Below are positions 9,057 through 16,898 of a DNA stretch of 64,000 nt, one piece after another. A program made the translations under genes and the position numbers. Below the pieces are notes generated by a model. That model was not told where the DNA came from, did not search any database, and saw only the letters and a list, made by a program, of their open reading frames with translations. Positions within the stretch are counted from its first letter, which is position 1; each line of letters opens with the position of its first letter. Location: the NCBI GenBank assembly GCA_964435285.1, contig CAYSYA010000002.1, positions 38,900 to 102,899 on the forward strand. The letters are read 5' to 3'. The DNA comes from an uncultured Flavobacteriales bacterium. Its GTDB lineage: Bacteria > Bacteroidota > Bacteroidia > Flavobacteriales > TMED113.

Positions 9057-10980
9057 ATATTTTTTTTTGTGTTTTATTATTTTTTTTTCGTGTACAAAAA
9101 ATAATAAAACATCTCAATACTTAAATATTCATAGTGATGTTGATTATGTAGGAATCAACACTTGTAAACAATGTCATATGGACATATACAGTTCTTTTAT
9201 TGAAACTGGTATGGGAAAATCTTTTAAAACTGCAAAAAAAAAATTTAGTTCTTCATTATTCAGTCACGAAATTTATGATAGTATTTTAAAATTTCATTAT
9301 CGGCCACATTGGGAGGAAGAAAAATTAGTTTTAGATGAGTACAAAATTAAAAATAATGACACAATTTATTCTTTAAAAACAGAGATAGATTACATTGTTG
9401 GGTCTGGTAATCACACTAATTCTCATATTATTAGTGATAATGGCTACTTATCTCAGGCTCCATTTACCTTTTATACTCAAGACTCCATTTTAGATTTTCC
9501 CCCAGGTTTTGAACATGGAAACAACACAAGATATAATAGAAAGATTGGCTTAGAGTGTATGACTTGTCATAATTCTTTTCCTCATTTTACACTAGGTTCT
9601 GAAAATAAATATCAAAATGTTCCCAGCGGTATTGATTGTGAAAGATGTCATGGTCCAGGTGAATTACATGTTTCGAATGTTCAATCTGGAATTTTAGTAG
9701 ACACATCTAAATTTTTTGATTATTCAATTGTTAATCCAGCTAATTTATCTATTGAGTTACAAAATGAATTATGTTCGAGATGTCACGTCCAAGGAAACTC
9801 TGTTTTAAAGTATGAAAAATCTTTTTTTGATTTTAAACCTGGTATGTATTTAAATGAGGTAATGGATGTATATTTACCTAGATATACAAATTCTGATGAT
9901 GATTTTATAATGGCATCTCATCTTGATAGAATGAAACAAAGTAAATGTTTTATAGAGTCTGATGCTGGCATGAGTTGTTTAGATTGTCATAATCCTCATA
10001 TTTCAATAAAAAACACAAATATTATTAATTATAACAACTCTTGTTTTTCATGTCATAATCAAGAAGCGTGTACAGAAATTAAAATAGAAAGATTAGCTGT
10101 TAACGACAATTGCGTTTCTTGTCATATGAAAGAATCTAAAACAATTGATATTCCCCACGTAACAATTACTGATCACAAAATTAAAATAAACAAGAAAGGA
10201 GATTTAAATAATGAAAGTAAAGAATTTTTAGGTTTAGAATGTATAAATAATGATAATCCATCAAATTATAGTATTGTAAATGCTTACCTACAAGAATATG
10301 ATGCTTTTAATCCAAAGAAAGAGTATTTAGACTCAGCTCTTGTATATCTTAATATGATGGATTTTAGTTCAAAAGAAGGTCTTTTTTCTTTCATTTTTTA
10401 TCATTTTGTATCAAAATCATTTAAAAATATAATTGAACATATTGATAATATTGGAGTTGATTTTATTTTATCTAAGTTCAGTAATAAGCAATTTAATAAT
10501 TTTGATGCGTTAACCTGTTACAGACTTGGGCAATCTTATTATAGAAATTCTAATTATGAAATTGCAAATAAATTTTTTAAACAGTCAGTTGATTTAGCCC
10601 CCTATCATTTAGATATTATAGAAAAATATGGAATTAATCTAGTCAAACTAAATAATTTTGAACAAGCCAAAGTTCAATTTCAATTTATTATTGATGAGGA
10701 TCCTAGATATTTTTCAGCCTACAACCATCTTGGTAATTTATATATTCATGATTATTTGATTAACGAAGATGAGACTGATAAAAACTTAGCAGATTATTAT
10801 TTTGATATTGCTTTGAGTTTAAATCCTAATTATGAACAAGCGCTTTTAAATAAAACTAGAATTTATATATTAAACAATGAAATTAAACAAGCTAGGAAAT
10901 TATTACAAAAAATTTCTTCAATTTACCCTGAAAATGAATCTGTAGTATTATTATTAAAACAAATCAATGAAAAAGAATAG
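9046..10980 (+). CDS. Multiheme c-type cytochrome (7 CxxCH) fused to C-terminal TPR repeats; predicted lipoprotein
   Basis: The signal/lipobox-like N-terminus is FLCFIIFFSC. There are seven CxxCH motifs: CKQCH, CMTCH, CERCH, CSRCH, CLDCH, CFSCH and CVSCH. The C-terminal ~250 aa has TPR-like repeats (YYRNSNYEIANKFFKQSVDLAPY..., AYNHLGNLYI...). It overlaps dapF by 11 nt and mltG by 14 nt. Confidence 0.8.
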   Translation: MKTRYFFLCFIIFFSCTKNNKTSQYLNIHSDVDYVGINTCKQCHMDIYSSFIETGMGKSFKTAKKKFSSSLFSHEIYDSILKFHYRPHWEEEKLVLDEYKIKNNDTIYSLKTEIDYIVGSGNHTNSHIISDNGYLSQAPFTFYTQDSILDFPPGFEHGNNTRYNRKIGLECMTCHNSFPHFTLGSENKYQNVPSGIDCERCHGPGELHVSNVQSGILVDTSKFFDYSIVNPANLSIELQNELCSRCHVQGNSVLKYEKSFFDFKPGMYLNEVMDVYLPRYTNSDDDFIMASHLDRMKQSKCFIESDAGMSCLDCHNPHISIKNTNIINYNNSCFSCHNQEACTEIKIERLAVNDNCVSCHMKESKTIDIPHVTITDHKIKINKKGDLNNESKEFLGLECINNDNPSNYSIVNAYLQEYDAFNPKKEYLDSALVYLNMMDFSSKEGLFSFIFYHFVSKSFKNIIEHIDNIGVDFILSKFSNKQFNNFDALTCYRLGQSYYRNSNYEIANKFFKQSVDLAPYHLDIIEKYGINLVKLNNFEQAKVQFQFIIDEDPRYFSAYNHLGNLYIHDYLINEDETDKNLADYYFDIALSLNPNYEQALLNKTRIYILNNEIKQARKLLQKISSIYPENESVVLLLKQINEKE

Positions 10981-12073
10981 TATAATATTAGTTTTTACAT
11001 TTGGTCTTTTAAGTTCTTTGATTTTTTCTATTCAAATTAGAAAAATTTATTTCTCGCCCATAATAGAGAAAAATCAAATTTTTATTGTTGACAAAAAAAT
11101 AACTTACAATAAACTTTTGAATAAATTAATTAATGAATTTTCTATACCATCATATTCCTGTTTTTCATTTTTCTGTAATAAAAAGAACTTAAAAAAATTT
11201 AAATCTGGTAAATACACATTCAAATCAGGATTTTCATTGAATGATATTATTAACGAATTGAGAGTTCCAGGAAATAGAAAAACTATAGATTTTTCATTCA
11301 ATAGTTTTAATGAGTTCAGTTATTTAGCTTCTCAGTTAAGTCATGAGACTAGCATAGATTCAATTATTTTATTAAATACTATTAGTTCTTTCAATTTTGA
11401 TTCAGTTTTTAATAGAACCGTTACTAAAAAAGAAATAATATCATTTTTTATTCCTAATACTTACAATATATATTGGCACATTTCTGAAAAACAGTTTGTT
11501 CAAAGAATGTTAAATGAATATCAGGCATTTTGGGCTAAAAGAAATAAACAGTTGAATAAATTAAATTTAACACCTTTTCAAGTCTCAATACTTGCTTCTA
11601 TAGTTGAAAAAGAATCTAATAATATCTCTGAGATGCCTGATATTGCTTCTTTATATTTAAATAGATTGAAAAAAAATATGAAATTACAAGCAGATCCAAC
11701 TGTTAATTACTGTTTTAAGAAATTATTTGATTTTGACACAACATTAACAAGGGTGTATGAAAAACATACAAAAATAATATGTGATTATAATACATATTTA
11801 AATAAGGGATTGCCTCCAGGACCTATTACATCTCCCTCTGTTCACAGTATTGATGCAGTATTAATGAATAAATATACTAACCATCTTTACATGTGTGCAA
11901 AAGCTAAAATTAATGAAGTTAAAAAAAGAGTTTGTTTCTTTGACTCTCATAATTTTGCCTCATCATATTTAAGTCACTTAAAAAATGCAAGAAAATATCA
12001 AAAAGCTATGGATAAATATAAAAATGGTTTTGAAATATGTTTTCCAGGTAGGTCTAACTGTAATTGTAATTAA
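10967..12073 (+). CDS. mltG: Endolytic murein transglycosylase MltG (YceG family)
   Basis: N-terminal TM segment, then LASIVEKES, LQADPTVNY and GLPPGPITSPS, which are characteristic YceG/MltG motifs. Confidence 0.85.
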   Translation: MKKNSIILVFTFGLLSSLIFSIQIRKIYFSPIIEKNQIFIVDKKITYNKLLNKLINEFSIPSYSCFSFFCNKKNLKKFKSGKYTFKSGFSLNDIINELRVPGNRKTIDFSFNSFNEFSYLASQLSHETSIDSIILLNTISSFNFDSVFNRTVTKKEIISFFIPNTYNIYWHISEKQFVQRMLNEYQAFWAKRNKQLNKLNLTPFQVSILASIVEKESNNISEMPDIASLYLNRLKKNMKLQADPTVNYCFKKLFDFDTTLTRVYEKHTKIICDYNTYLNKGLPPGPITSPSVHSIDAVLMNKYTNHLYMCAKAKINEVKKRVCFFDSHNFASSYLSHLKNARKYQKAMDKYKNGFEICFPGRSNCNCN

Positions 12074-12627
12074 TGAGTTTTAAAAAATATTCTATTGGTG
12101 ATAAGGTCATTTTTATTAATGATTCAAGACAAGGAATTGTTATTGGTCACAAGAATCATGAAACTCTAATTATTCAGTGTCAAGATATAGATTTTGAAGT
12201 AAAATACTCTGATATTATTAAAGTTACTGATGAGACTAATTCATTTTATAGAGCAATAAAAAATTTAAAAAATTCTATTAAAGTAAATGAAGAAAATAGA
12301 AAAAAACTAAAACAAAAATCTAAAGTTTTAAATTATAAAGTTCGTTTATCAACTCATTTTGAAGTAGATTTGCATATCGAAAAGATCATTGACAAATTTA
12401 CTGATTTGAGTAGCAACGAAATAATTGATATTCAAATGGATTTATTTTACAAAGCTATTTTTGAAGCCCACAGATTAAAATTACCATTTATTATCATTAT
12501 TCATGGTTTAGGAAAAGGAGTTTTAAAATCTAAAATTATTAATTATTTAAGAGAAAATAATGCTTCTTTTTGCGATGAAAGCCCAATAATTTATAAAGGC
12601 GGAGCTACTCGGATAAACTTGTTTTAG
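12073..12627 (+). CDS. Smr (small MutS-related) domain protein
   Basis: The C-terminal ~80 aa has the Smr pattern VDLHIEK...IIIIHGLGKGVLKSKI. The start ATG overlaps the mltG stop (TAATG). Confidence 0.7.
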   Translation: MSFKKYSIGDKVIFINDSRQGIVIGHKNHETLIIQCQDIDFEVKYSDIIKVTDETNSFYRAIKNLKNSIKVNEENRKKLKQKSKVLNYKVRLSTHFEVDLHIEKIIDKFTDLSSNEIIDIQMDLFYKAIFEAHRLKLPFIIIIHGLGKGVLKSKIINYLRENNASFCDESPIIYKGGATRINLF

Positions 12628-12981
12628 TTGAAATTGCCTTATCGCTTGAATTTTTTTTTAAGAGGAAAGTCCGGACAACTAGGAGCGCCATACTTCCTAA
12701 CAGGAAGAACTTTTTAAGTTAGATAGTGCCACAGAAAATAACCGCCATTTATGGTAAGGGTGAAAATGTGAGGTAAGAGCTCACAAAATTTAATAGTGAT
12801 ATTAAATTTGGGTAAACCTTATGGGTTGAAAGATCAAATATACTGAGATGTGTTTTTAATAGCACGCGGAGTTGCTCGCTTTGCTCAGGGGGTAGATCGA
12901 TTGAGTTTATTAGTGATAATAAACCTAGATAAATGATAAGGACTCGAAAAGAGTACAGAATCCGGCTTATAGATTTTAACT
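12627..12981 (+). ncRNA. rnpB: RNase P RNA (bacterial type A)
   Basis: Universally conserved blocks are read directly: GAGGAAAGTCCGGAC (12662 onward), GTGCCACAGAAAATAACCGCC, GGTAAGGGTGAAA and the 3' ACAGAATCCGGCTTAT. P1 can form between GTTGAAATTG (12627-12636) and AGATTTTAAC (12971-12980), with G-U pairs. P2 can form between CCTTATC and GATAAGG. The ends are approximate, +/- 5 nt. Confidence 0.9.
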
Positions 12982-12987
12982 ATTTAA

Positions 12988-13013
12988 ATAGAGGCATGGT
13001 GACATGCCTCTAT
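12988..13013. terminator. Rho-independent-type hairpin shared by rnpB (+) and trxB (-)
   Basis: Perfect 11-bp stem ATAGAGGCATG / CATGCCTCTAT with loop GTGA, followed by a T-rich run (TCTTATT). It is the only GC-containing palindrome in this gap. Confidence 0.75.
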
Positions 13014-13015
13014 TC

Positions 13016-13951
13016 TTATTCAAATTCACTTAAGTACTTTTCAGCATCTAGAGCTGCCATACAACCAGAACCTGCAGCTGTTACAGCTTGTCTGTAAATT
13101 GAGTCTTGTACGTCTCCGCTTGCAAAGACCCCATGGACATCTGTTAAACTAGAGTCGGGTTTAGTAATTATATAACCTGATTTATCCATTTGGACTTTTC
13201 CTACAAATACATCTGTGTTTGGTTTATGCCCAATTGCAACAAAAAAGCCTGTTACATTTAGTTCTCTTTCTATATTAGTCTCATTGTTAAAGACCATTAC
13301 TTTCTCAACTGATTGGTCACCTTTAATTTCTTTAGTTTCATGATTAAACAATACTTCAATGTTATTTGTTTTTAATACTCTTTCTTGCATAATTTTTGAA
13401 GCTCTCATAGTATTTTTTCTAACTAATAAATAAACTTTGTTACATAATTTACTAAGATAAATAGATTCTTCAGCTGCTGAATCACCACCTCCTACAACTA
13501 CGACATCTTCACCCTTGTAAAAAAAACCGTCACAAACAGCACAAGCTGAAACACCAAATCCCATAAACTTCTTCTCAGATTCAAGTCCTAAATATTTAGC
13601 AGAGGCTCCAGTAGAAATGATAATTGTTTTACTTTGATATTCATCTTTATCGTCTACAATTATTTTATGGTAGTCTCCTCTTTTTTTACAGAATTCAACT
13701 TTTGTAACAAATCCACGAATTATTTTTGTTCCAAATCTTTCAGCTTGTTTTTTTAAATCTTCCATCATTTCAGGTCCCATAATTCCATTTGGATATCCGG
13801 GAAAATTTTCTACATCTGTTGTAGTGGTTAATTGACCTCCTGGCTGAAGACCTTCAACCATTATTGGTCTTAAATTAGCTCTTGATGCGTAAATAGCAGC
13901 TGTATATCCAGCTGGACCAGAACCAATAATTAAGCATTCTGTTTTTTTCAT
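13016..13951 (-). CDS. trxB: Thioredoxin-disulfide reductase
   Basis: FAD motif GSGPAGYTAAIYA, redox-active CAVCDG and NADPH motif GGGDSAAEE. Confidence 0.93.
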   Translation of the reverse strand: MKKTECLIIGSGPAGYTAAIYASRANLRPIMVEGLQPGGQLTTTTDVENFPGYPNGIMGPEMMEDLKKQAERFGTKIIRGFVTKVEFCKKRGDYHKIIVDDKDEYQSKTIIISTGASAKYLGLESEKKFMGFGVSACAVCDGFFYKGEDVVVVGGGDSAAEESIYLSKLCNKVYLLVRKNTMRASKIMQERVLKTNNIEVLFNHETKEIKGDQSVEKVMVFNNETNIERELNVTGFFVAIGHKPNTDVFVGKVQMDKSGYIITKPDSSLTDVHGVFASGDVQDSIYRQAVTAAGSGCMAALDAEKYLSEFE

Positions 13952-14103
13952 TTTTTTTGATTTTTTAGTGAAAATAATAAATCAACGATAACTTTTTTAG
14001 TATTTTTTAAAATACTTTTAATAGTTAATTTAAATGTTAAATTTTAGTAAATTTTTCGTTTAAAAATTAATATAATTGTTTTTTGATTTCTTAAACTATT
14101 AAT

Positions 14104-15177
14104 ATGATTAATAAAACTCCATTTTACTCAAAGCACATTGAAGCAAATGCTAATATGGTTAATTTTAATGGCTACTCTTTACCAATTTATTATGAGGGTA
14201 TTAACATTGAACATAACCATGTTAGAAAATCTGTAGGTCTTTTTGATGTTTCACATATGGGTCAAATTATCATTGAGGGTGATCAAGCTTTTCAATTTTT
14301 ACAAAAATTAACAACTAATGACGTTTCAAAATTAGGTATTGGAGGAGTTCAGTATTCATGTATGACCAATGAACAAGGAATGGTTTTAGATGACCTTTTA
14401 ATTTATATGCTGTCAGAAAAAAAATTTATGTTAGTTGTTAACGCTTCAAATACTTCTAAAATTATAGAATGGATAAATTCTAATAATTTATTTTCTGTGG
14501 AAATTAAAAATATTACCAAAGATAGAGGTCTCCTAGCTGTTCAGGGACCAGAAGCTGTTGATTTACTTCAAAATTTTACTACTATTAATTTAAGCGAAAT
14601 GCCTTCATACTCTTTTAAAATCATAAATTTCGCTGGTATTAGTGATATTCTTATTTCATCAACTGGTTATACAGGTTCAGGAGGTTTTGAGATTTACGGA
14701 GATAAAAATAAAATGAAGAAAGTATGGGATTTTCTTTTTAGCTTAAAGAAATATAATTTAAAGCCAATTGGTCTTGGTGCTAGGGATACACTAAGATTAG
14801 AAATGGGTTTTTGTTTGTATGGTAATGAGTTGTCTGAAAATATTTCACCAAAAGAAGCTAATTTAAATAAAATTGTTGTTTATGACACCAATTTTATTGG
14901 AAGTGAAAACTTAAATAATTTAGAAATCAGAAAATCTTTAATTGCTTTTGAACTTATAGATAGAGGAATACCAAGGAATGGTTATAAAATTGTTAATGAA
15001 AGTAATCAAGAAATAGGATATGTTTCGTCAGGAACAATGTCTCCATCTTTAAATAAACCTATAGGTATGGGATTTATTGATTCAAAATCAAATTTTAATG
15101 ATATTTTTGTAGTTATCAGAAATAAAAAGCTTTTAGCTAAAATTGTTAAGTTACCTTTTTATAAAAAAAATAAATGA
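14104..15177 (+). CDS. gcvT: Glycine cleavage system aminomethyltransferase (T protein)
   Basis: YSKHIEANANMVNFNGYSLPIYY, FDVSHMGQ, GYTGSGGFEI and ARDTLRLE, all typical GcvT blocks. Confidence 0.9.
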   Translation: MINKTPFYSKHIEANANMVNFNGYSLPIYYEGINIEHNHVRKSVGLFDVSHMGQIIIEGDQAFQFLQKLTTNDVSKLGIGGVQYSCMTNEQGMVLDDLLIYMLSEKKFMLVVNASNTSKIIEWINSNNLFSVEIKNITKDRGLLAVQGPEAVDLLQNFTTINLSEMPSYSFKIINFAGISDILISSTGYTGSGGFEIYGDKNKMKKVWDFLFSLKKYNLKPIGLGARDTLRLEMGFCLYGNELSENISPKEANLNKIVVYDTNFIGSENLNNLEIRKSLIAFELIDRGIPRNGYKIVNESNQEIGYVSSGTMSPSLNKPIGMGFIDSKSNFNDIFVVIRNKKLLAKIVKLPFYKKNK

Positions 15178-15893
15178 AAAGAGAATTAAGTGTTTGTTTA
15201 TCTACTTCAATGATTCAATCTTTTGATATAAAAGATAAAATTATTGTTGTTGTTGATATTTTTAGGGCAACATCAGTGATTTGTACTGCATTAAGTAATG
15301 GAGTTACTGAAGTTATTGCAGTAAATGAAATTAATGATGTTAAACCCTATTTAAATAACAAAAATTATTTAGTAGCTGCTGAAAGAGAGGGTAAAATTGT
15401 TGAAGGATTTAAATTTGGAAATTCTCCATTAAGTTACATTAATAATCCAAATATTATTGGTAAAAAATTAGTTTTAACAACTACAAACGGTACTAAAGCA
15501 ATTAATTCATCCCTTGGAGCTGATGAAATTTTGATTGGTTCATTTTTAAATCTAATATCACTAGAAAATATTTTAAAACAGAAAAATAAAGATTGTATTA
15601 TTTATTGTTCTGGTTGGAAAGGGCAAGTTTGTCTTGAAGATACCTTATTTGCAGGTTGCTTAGCTACAAGACTATTAAATTCAAACTCTTTTTTTAGTCA
15701 TTGTGACTCTGTTACTTTATCTAAAAGTATATATGATTCTGCAAAGGACAATATGACAAGTTTTTTGATAAAATCATCTTATAAAGAGAGAACTAGAGAA
15801 TTAAATATTAATCCAGACATTGATTTTTGCCTTAGTTTGGATAAATTTAAAGACGTTCCAATCTATAGAAACGGTAAATTATTAATAGATTAG
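15174..15893 (+). CDS. comB: 2-phosphosulfolactate phosphatase (ComB family)
   Basis: 239 aa with VVVDIFRATSVICTAL near the N-terminus and TTTNGTKA, a ComB-family pattern. The start overlaps the gcvT stop (ATGA). Confidence 0.75.
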   Translation: MKRELSVCLSTSMIQSFDIKDKIIVVVDIFRATSVICTALSNGVTEVIAVNEINDVKPYLNNKNYLVAAEREGKIVEGFKFGNSPLSYINNPNIIGKKLVLTTTNGTKAINSSLGADEILIGSFLNLISLENILKQKNKDCIIYCSGWKGQVCLEDTLFAGCLATRLLNSNSFFSHCDSVTLSKSIYDSAKDNMTSFLIKSSYKERTRELNINPDIDFCLSLDKFKDVPIYRNGKLLID

Positions 15894-15899
15894 TTTTTT

Positions 15900-16493
15900 A
15901 TGACATTTAACAAGTTTGTATCTAAGGATGAAATTAAAAATTATTCAATTGAAAAATTTACTGGTAAAATTCATGTAATTGAAAAAGAAAACGATGTTTT
16001 AGCGGCGTATTCTTTTTTAAAAAAACAAAAAATTTTAGGATTTGACACTGAATCAAAGCCTACGTTTAAAAAAGGAGTTTCTTCACATGTCTCCCTAATC
16101 CAATTTTCTACCAATGATCAAGCTTTTTTATTTAGAATTAATAAAATTGGTTTCAATGAAAAATTAATCGACATTATTTCTGATAAAAAAATTAAAAAAA
16201 TAGGCATAGCGATTTTTGATGATATCAAAGCTTTACAAAAAATTAAATGTTTTGAGTCAAATAGCATTATTGATTTAAATCAATTAGCTTTAAATTTAGG
16301 GTTTGAAAGTATTGGTGCTGTTAAATTGTCTATTTTAATTTTAGGTTTTGCAATTAGTAAATCTGTAAGACTATCTAATTGGGAAAGAGAAAATTTATCT
16401 ATTTCACAATTAGAATATGCAGCAACAGATGCTTGGATTTGTAATATGATTTATAAAAAATTATTAAATGAGGGTGAGATTAAAAATACCTAA
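15900..16493 (+). CDS. 3'-5' exonuclease domain protein (DEDDy, RNase D/WRN-like)
   Basis: Exo I motif LGFDTE and Exo III motif YAATDAW, in a 197-aa protein. Confidence 0.75.
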   Translation: MTFNKFVSKDEIKNYSIEKFTGKIHVIEKENDVLAAYSFLKKQKILGFDTESKPTFKKGVSSHVSLIQFSTNDQAFLFRINKIGFNEKLIDIISDKKIKKIGIAIFDDIKALQKIKCFESNSIIDLNQLALNLGFESIGAVKLSILILGFAISKSVRLSNWERENLSISQLEYAATDAWICNMIYKKLLNEGEIKNT

Positions 16494-16896
16494 TTCTTTT
16501 CATTTTGAAACTACATTGAATGTAAGAGTTTCAGATTTAAATTATGGAGGACATTTGGGGAATGATTCTTTTTTATCCTTTGCTCATGAAGGAAGAGTTA
16601 GATACTTCCAATCAATTAATATGACAGAAAGAAATTTTTTTGGTAGTTCTTTAATTATGGCAGATAGTATGGTAAAATATAAATCTCAGGGTTATTTAGG
16701 AGATGAAATAGTTATTAAGTTAAGTATTACTGAATATACTTCACATGGTTTTCAAATATTTTACTTGTTAAAAAATAAAAAAAAACAAATTGATTTAGCT
16801 TATATTCAAACTAGTTTGGTTTTTTTTAATTATGAATTAGAAAAAATAGTCCCAACACCTGATGATTTTAAAATTTTTTTAAAAAATTATAAGTAG
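16468..16896 (+). CDS. Hotdog-fold acyl-CoA thioesterase (4HBT/YbgC-like)
   Basis: 142 aa. The N-terminal pattern F.....V...D.D..GH. N (VRVSDLNYGGHLGND) is typical of 4HBT-type thioesterases. It overlaps the upstream gene by 26 nt. Confidence 0.6.
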   Translation: MRVRLKIPNSFHFETTLNVRVSDLNYGGHLGNDSFLSFAHEGRVRYFQSINMTERNFFGSSLIMADSMVKYKSQGYLGDEIVIKLSITEYTSHGFQIFYLLKNKKKQIDLAYIQTSLVFFNYELEKIVPTPDDFKIFLKNYK

Positions 16897-16898
16897 TT

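Noticed and set aside
9060-9088. Two T9 runs (9060-9068 and 9080-9088) in the first 15 codons of the multiheme cytochrome gene as possible phase-variation tracts
   Set aside because: They encode the Phe-rich signal peptide (TTT codons). Similar T8-T10 runs are frequent throughout this AT-rich window (for example 1378-1387 and 12651-12659), so they are not distinctive.
13952-14103. Glycine riboswitch upstream of gcvT
   Set aside because: The 152-bp leader is almost pure A/T and lacks the conserved GGAGA...CACCG...GGACA cores of glycine riboswitch aptamers.
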